64,000 bases of DNA from Bacillota bacterium (lineage in GTDB: Bacteria > Bacillota > Dethiobacteria > DTU022): contig DUVX01000096.1 of NCBI GenBank assembly GCA_012840855.1, forward strand, positions 41 through 64,040, in the 5' to 3' direction. This document shows positions 60,734 through 64,000 of the stretch, piece by piece. The translations under genes and the position numbers were made by a program. The number at the start of each line of letters is the position of its first letter. Within the stretch, counting starts at the first letter, position 1. The notes beneath the pieces were generated by a model. The model did no database searches. It was not told the DNA's origin and saw nothing but the letters and a program-made list of their open reading frames with translations.

Positions 60734-61624
60734 GTGAGGGAGGCTGATATGATGTCAGGTCTTGCGAAGACAGCTACGGCAATGCTCATCGGGGGGCTGA
60801 TCTGCCTCGGCTTTGCCGGAGGTGGAGCAGCCCGGGAGCAGGGAGGGGAGGAAGGAGAGCGGGGAGGGGTGCCGCTTTATTATCTGCAGCTGCAGGATTT
60901 TACGGCAACCCTGGAAGAAGAAGCTCTCCGGCCAAAGATTTTAGACTATACGGTTCAGGCGGGAGACTGCCTGAGCACGATTGCGGCAGAATTTGGGACC
61001 GATCTGAGTACGCTCATACATCTGAACGAGCTGAGCAATCCCGGGCTGATCTACCCGGGGGACCGGTTGGAGATTCTGACCGTGGCCGGCTGCGTTCATG
61101 ATGTGGTGGAAGGGGATACGCTGGCAGCTATAGCGCGCTCCTACGGTGTTGAAGAGAGGGCGATACTGCAGGCCAACGAGATTGAAAATCCGGCGACGCT
61201 GCCCCGAGGGGAGCGCATCATCGTGCCGGGAGGGGTTATATCTCGCGGTGCGCTGCAGCCCTCCTTCCGGTGGCCCCTGCAGGGCAACCTCACTTCCGGC
61301 TACGGCTGGAGGGGCGGTAAATTTCATTACGGCATCGATATCGGTGCCCCCTACGGCTCGACCTTTCGAGCGGCGGCGGCCGGCCGGGTTGCCTTCGTCG
61401 GTTACAGGGGCAGCTACGGGATTTTGATCGAGGTAGATCATGGTGCCGGTTTTCGGACGCGCTATGCCCATGCAGGCAAGGTCCTAGTTTCGGCGGGCCA
61501 GCGGGTAAAGGCCGGCCAGAGGCTGGGCAGTGTGGGCATGACCGGCAATACTACCGGCCCTCATCTTCATTTTGAAATTCATGACGGCGGGGAGAAGGTG
61601 AACCCGCTGCGGCTCTTGAATTAA
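60734..61624 (+). CDS. LysM (x2) plus M23 metallopeptidase
   Basis: Two LysM repeats (YTVQAGDCLSTIAAEFG and HDVVEGDTLAAIARSYG), then M23 motifs HYGIDIG, YAHA and GPHLHFEIH. N-terminal signal/TM. Confidence 0.85.
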   Translation: MREADMMSGLAKTATAMLIGGLICLGFAGGGAAREQGGEEGERGGVPLYYLQLQDFTATLEEEALRPKILDYTVQAGDCLSTIAAEFGTDLSTLIHLNELSNPGLIYPGDRLEILTVAGCVHDVVEGDTLAAIARSYGVEERAILQANEIENPATLPRGERIIVPGGVISRGALQPSFRWPLQGNLTSGYGWRGGKFHYGIDIGAPYGSTFRAAAAGRVAFVGYRGSYGILIEVDHGAGFRTRYAHAGKVLVSAGQRVKAGQRLGSVGMTGNTTGPHLHFEIHDGGEKVNPLRLLN

Positions 61625-61670
61625 ACGGACCCCAGCGTTGTTGGGATCTTTGTAGGATGGCGGTGGTGGA

Positions 61671-63173
61671 GTGGTCTCTGTCAAAAACTTCAGCGCCGGG
61701 GAGCTGCTGGAGCCCTTTCTTCCGGACCGCCTGAAGAGGGAACTCCGGCGGATCAGCGTTTCCCGGCTGGCCTATCATTCCGGCAGGGTGGTGCCGGGAA
61801 CTCTTTTTTTTTGTTTGTTCGGCAGCAAAGCGGACGGACATGACTACGCTGCTGAGGCTGTCTCCCGGGGGGCGGCGGCCCTCGTTGTTTCCCGCCGGAT
61901 CGGCCCTGTTGCCGCCGGGGTGCCGGTGATTGCGGTGGAGGACAGCAGGCTGGCCCTATCCGCCGCCGCAGCCCACTTTTACGGATACCCCAGCGATAGG
62001 ATGAAGACGATGGGGATAACCGGCACTGATGGAAAGACCACGACCTCCTATTTTATCGCCAGCATCTTCGAAGCAGCCGGTTACCGCACCGCCATAATGG
62101 GCAGTAACGGCTTCATTTTGAAGGATCAAAGAAAGCAATTTGGCTTGACCACCCCACAGTCGCTGGATCTCCAGGAATATCTCCATCTTTCCCTGCAGGA
62201 AGGGGCGGCGGTGGCGGTGGTGGAAGTCTCTTCGCACGCTCTGGTGCAGCAAAGGGTGGCGCATTGCTTTTTTGACTGTGCGGCCTTTACTAACCTGAGC
62301 GGCGAGCATCTCGATTATCACCGGACCATGCCGCAGTATCTCGAAGCGAAAAGCCGGCTGCTGGGCCTGTTGAAAAGGGGGCGCTCCGCCGGCGGGGTTG
62401 TCCTCAATGCCGACGATTATTACTACCGTGAACTCTCCGCGCGGGCGGCGCATCTTCCCCAGCTCACCTACGGTGTTACCGCCGCAGGGGCTGGGATAAA
62501 AGCGGTGGGGCTGCGTCAGGACGAAAGTGGGCGCTACAGCTTCAACCTTCTAGGCTGGCCCGAGCCTTTTCCGGTAGAGCTCCGCCTTCCAGGAAGGTTC
62601 AATCTCTACAACGCTCTGGCGGCGGCGGCGGTGGCCCGACGGGAGGGGCTCGATCCCGCAGCGGTGGTTCGGGGGCTGGCGTCGTTGCGGCAGGTTCCCG
62701 GCCGCTTCGAAGAGTATGAGACGCCCGCAGGCTTCAATGTGATCATCGATTTCGCCCATACCCCGGAGGGGCTGGAGCAGGTCTTGAGGCTGCTTTCGGG
62801 GAGGCGGGCCCGTCGGCGGATCACTCTTTTTGGCTGCCCCGGCGAGAGGGATCGCCGCAAAAGGCCGCTGATGGGAAAGATCGCCGAGCTCTATAGCGAT
62901 ATGGTGATCCTCACCGCCGATAATCCCGCTGGGGAGGAGGCTGGGGCGATCATCGAGGATATCAGGCGGGGTATGAGCACCGATCCGCTGATCATCCCCG
63001 ACCGGCGGGAGGCTGTATTCCACGCCCTTTCCACCGCTGCACCCGGAGATCTGGTGCTCCTGGCCGGGAAAGGGGCCGAGGAGTACCAGATCATCGGAGA
63101 GAGGGCCGTACCGTACAGCGATCGTCAGGCAGTTGCCGACTATCTAGCAGAAAAGGGCTTCGGAGGGGGCTAG
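61671..63173 (+). CDS. murE: UDP-N-acetylmuramoyl-L-alanyl-D-glutamate--amino acid ligase MurE (DNPA variant, L-lysine-type signature)
   Basis: 500 aa. P-loop GITGTDGKTTT. The C-terminal domain has ADNPAGEE where meso-DAP-adding enzymes have DNPR. GTG start. Confidence 0.85.
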   Translation: MVSVKNFSAGELLEPFLPDRLKRELRRISVSRLAYHSGRVVPGTLFFCLFGSKADGHDYAAEAVSRGAAALVVSRRIGPVAAGVPVIAVEDSRLALSAAAAHFYGYPSDRMKTMGITGTDGKTTTSYFIASIFEAAGYRTAIMGSNGFILKDQRKQFGLTTPQSLDLQEYLHLSLQEGAAVAVVEVSSHALVQQRVAHCFFDCAAFTNLSGEHLDYHRTMPQYLEAKSRLLGLLKRGRSAGGVVLNADDYYYRELSARAAHLPQLTYGVTAAGAGIKAVGLRQDESGRYSFNLLGWPEPFPVELRLPGRFNLYNALAAAAVARREGLDPAAVVRGLASLRQVPGRFEEYETPAGFNVIIDFAHTPEGLEQVLRLLSGRRARRRITLFGCPGERDRRKRPLMGKIAELYSDMVILTADNPAGEEAGAIIEDIRRGMSTDPLIIPDRREAVFHALSTAAPGDLVLLAGKGAEEYQIIGERAVPYSDRQAVADYLAEKGFGGG

Positions 63174-63262
63174 CCCCGGGAAAAAACTTTCCTTCTGTTG
63201 CGCGATAAATAAGGTTGTGTTATCATCTAGTTTCGGAAGAAGAGCCAGAGGAGGTGCTTTTA

Positions 63263-63463
63263 ATGAAAGAGAATATTCACCCCCCTTATCACCGGACAAA
63301 ACTGACCTGTGCCTGCGGTGAGTCTTTTGAAGTGGGCTCCACAAAGGAGAACCTGCGGGTCGAGATCTGCTCCAAGTGTCATCCCTTCTTTACCGGCAAG
63401 CAAAAATTTGTTGATACCGGCGGCAGGGTAGAGCGCTTCAAGCGCAAGTATGGCCTCAAGTAA
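63263..63463 (+). CDS. rpmE: 50S ribosomal protein L31 (zinc-binding type A)
   Basis: [48 protein letters not shown]. Internal Met with a GAGGAGG RBS. Confidence 0.9.
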   Translation: MKENIHPPYHRTKLTCACGESFEVGSTKENLRVEICSKCHPFFTGKQKFVDTGGRVERFKRKYGLK

Positions 63464-63500
63464 AAGCAGCCCCAAACCGGGGCTGCGGGGGGGAACGGAG

Positions 63501-64000
63501 ATGAAGAAGCCGCAATTGGTCGGCGGCCAGGCGGTTCTCGAGGGGGTCATGATGCGCCATCACGATCGGATGGCCATCGCCTGCCGGCGTGGTGACAACA
63601 GCATCAGCCTCATTTCGGAGAGGGTAACCCCTCTGGCCCGCCGTTTTCCGGTGCTGGGCTGGCCTCTTCTCAGGGGGGCCGTTGTCTTTTTTGAGTCTCT
63701 CGTCACCGGTGTGCGTGCGATCAACCTGTCAGCGGCGGAGGTACTCCAGGAGGAAGGGGAGGAGATCCAGGGCTGGCAGACCTTTCTCGTCGTTTTGCTG
63801 GGGCTGGGGCTGGGGGTTGCCCTATTTTTTATTCTGCCCACCTACCTGGCGAAGCTGGTGCCGCAGACCCTTCACCCGATTATTCTCAACTTCATTGAGG
63901 GGCTGATCCGCCTCGCCATCTTTCTGTCCTATCTATTTCTGGTGACACGCTGGGGAGAGATGAAGCGATTTTTTGCCTACCATGGTGCCGAGCACAAGGC
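63501..64000 (+). CDS. DUF1385 family membrane protein (5' part; runs off the window)
   Basis: MKKPQLVGGQAVLEGVMMRHHDRMAIACRR and the following TM segments match the DUF1385 N-terminus. There is no stop codon before the window end. Confidence 0.6.
   Translation, partial: MKKPQLVGGQAVLEGVMMRHHDRMAIACRRGDNSISLISERVTPLARRFPVLGWPLLRGAVVFFESLVTGVRAINLSAAEVLQEEGEEIQGWQTFLVVLLGLGLGVALFFILPTYLAKLVPQTLHPIILNFIEGLIRLAIFLSYLFLVTRWGEMKRFFAYHGAEHK

Overview
This window is the replication-origin region of a high-GC (about 60% by eye), endospore-former-type Firmicutes/Clostridia-like chromosome. No tools or searches were run; gene starts are approximate to within a few codons.

Main structure:
- dnaA (25317-26678, minus strand, TTG start) is flanked on both sides by DnaA-box clusters, which is a bipartite oriC.
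- Gene orientation switches at about 26.8 kb. Almost everything to the left is on the minus strand and almost everything to the right is on the plus strand.

Left arm (minus strand): dnaA, dnaN, recF, DUF721 (DciA-like), DUF370 (RemB-like), gyrB, gyrA, and, overlapping gyrA, a secreted FAD lipoprotein plus a biotin-less carboxyltransferase. Further left are an EF-G paralog, a divergent ATP-grasp/Asp-racemase pair, then a co-directional run of ddl, a class V aminotransferase, a family-4 UDG and an MtrA/MtrB/LpqB-like three-gene module, and finally argS-serS.

Right arm (plus strand):
- rpmH, rnpA, yidD, yidC, jag, mnmE, rsmG (no mnmG), noc, parA, parB and a perfect parS.
- DUF4446, an M23 peptidase with a bactofilin, yyaC (minus), a cvpA-like gene, a stand-alone adk, DUF951, ychF.
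- rpsF, ssb, rpsR, rplI, a LonC-like protease, dnaB, a COG2509 flavoprotein.
- A second M23 peptidase, walR, walK, yycH, yycI, murA, a histidine phosphatase, htrA, a metalloenzyme, an MBL hydrolase.
- A class A PBP (minus), rho (TTG start), a LysM-M23 peptidase, a MurE with a DNPA motif, rpmE, and the start of a DUF1385 gene.

No rRNA, tRNA, CRISPR array, IS element or prophage was seen.

The most notable items:
- An MtrAB-LpqB-like module sits next to a canonical WalRK-YycHI system in the same window.
- A predicted L-Lys/D-Asp peptidoglycan toolkit: the ATP-grasp ligase and Asp racemase next to ddl, plus the DNPA-type MurE.
- A gyrBA operon extended by an extracellular flavoprotein and a carboxyltransferase.
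- A cell-shape module (M23 peptidase plus bactofilin) next to parB.
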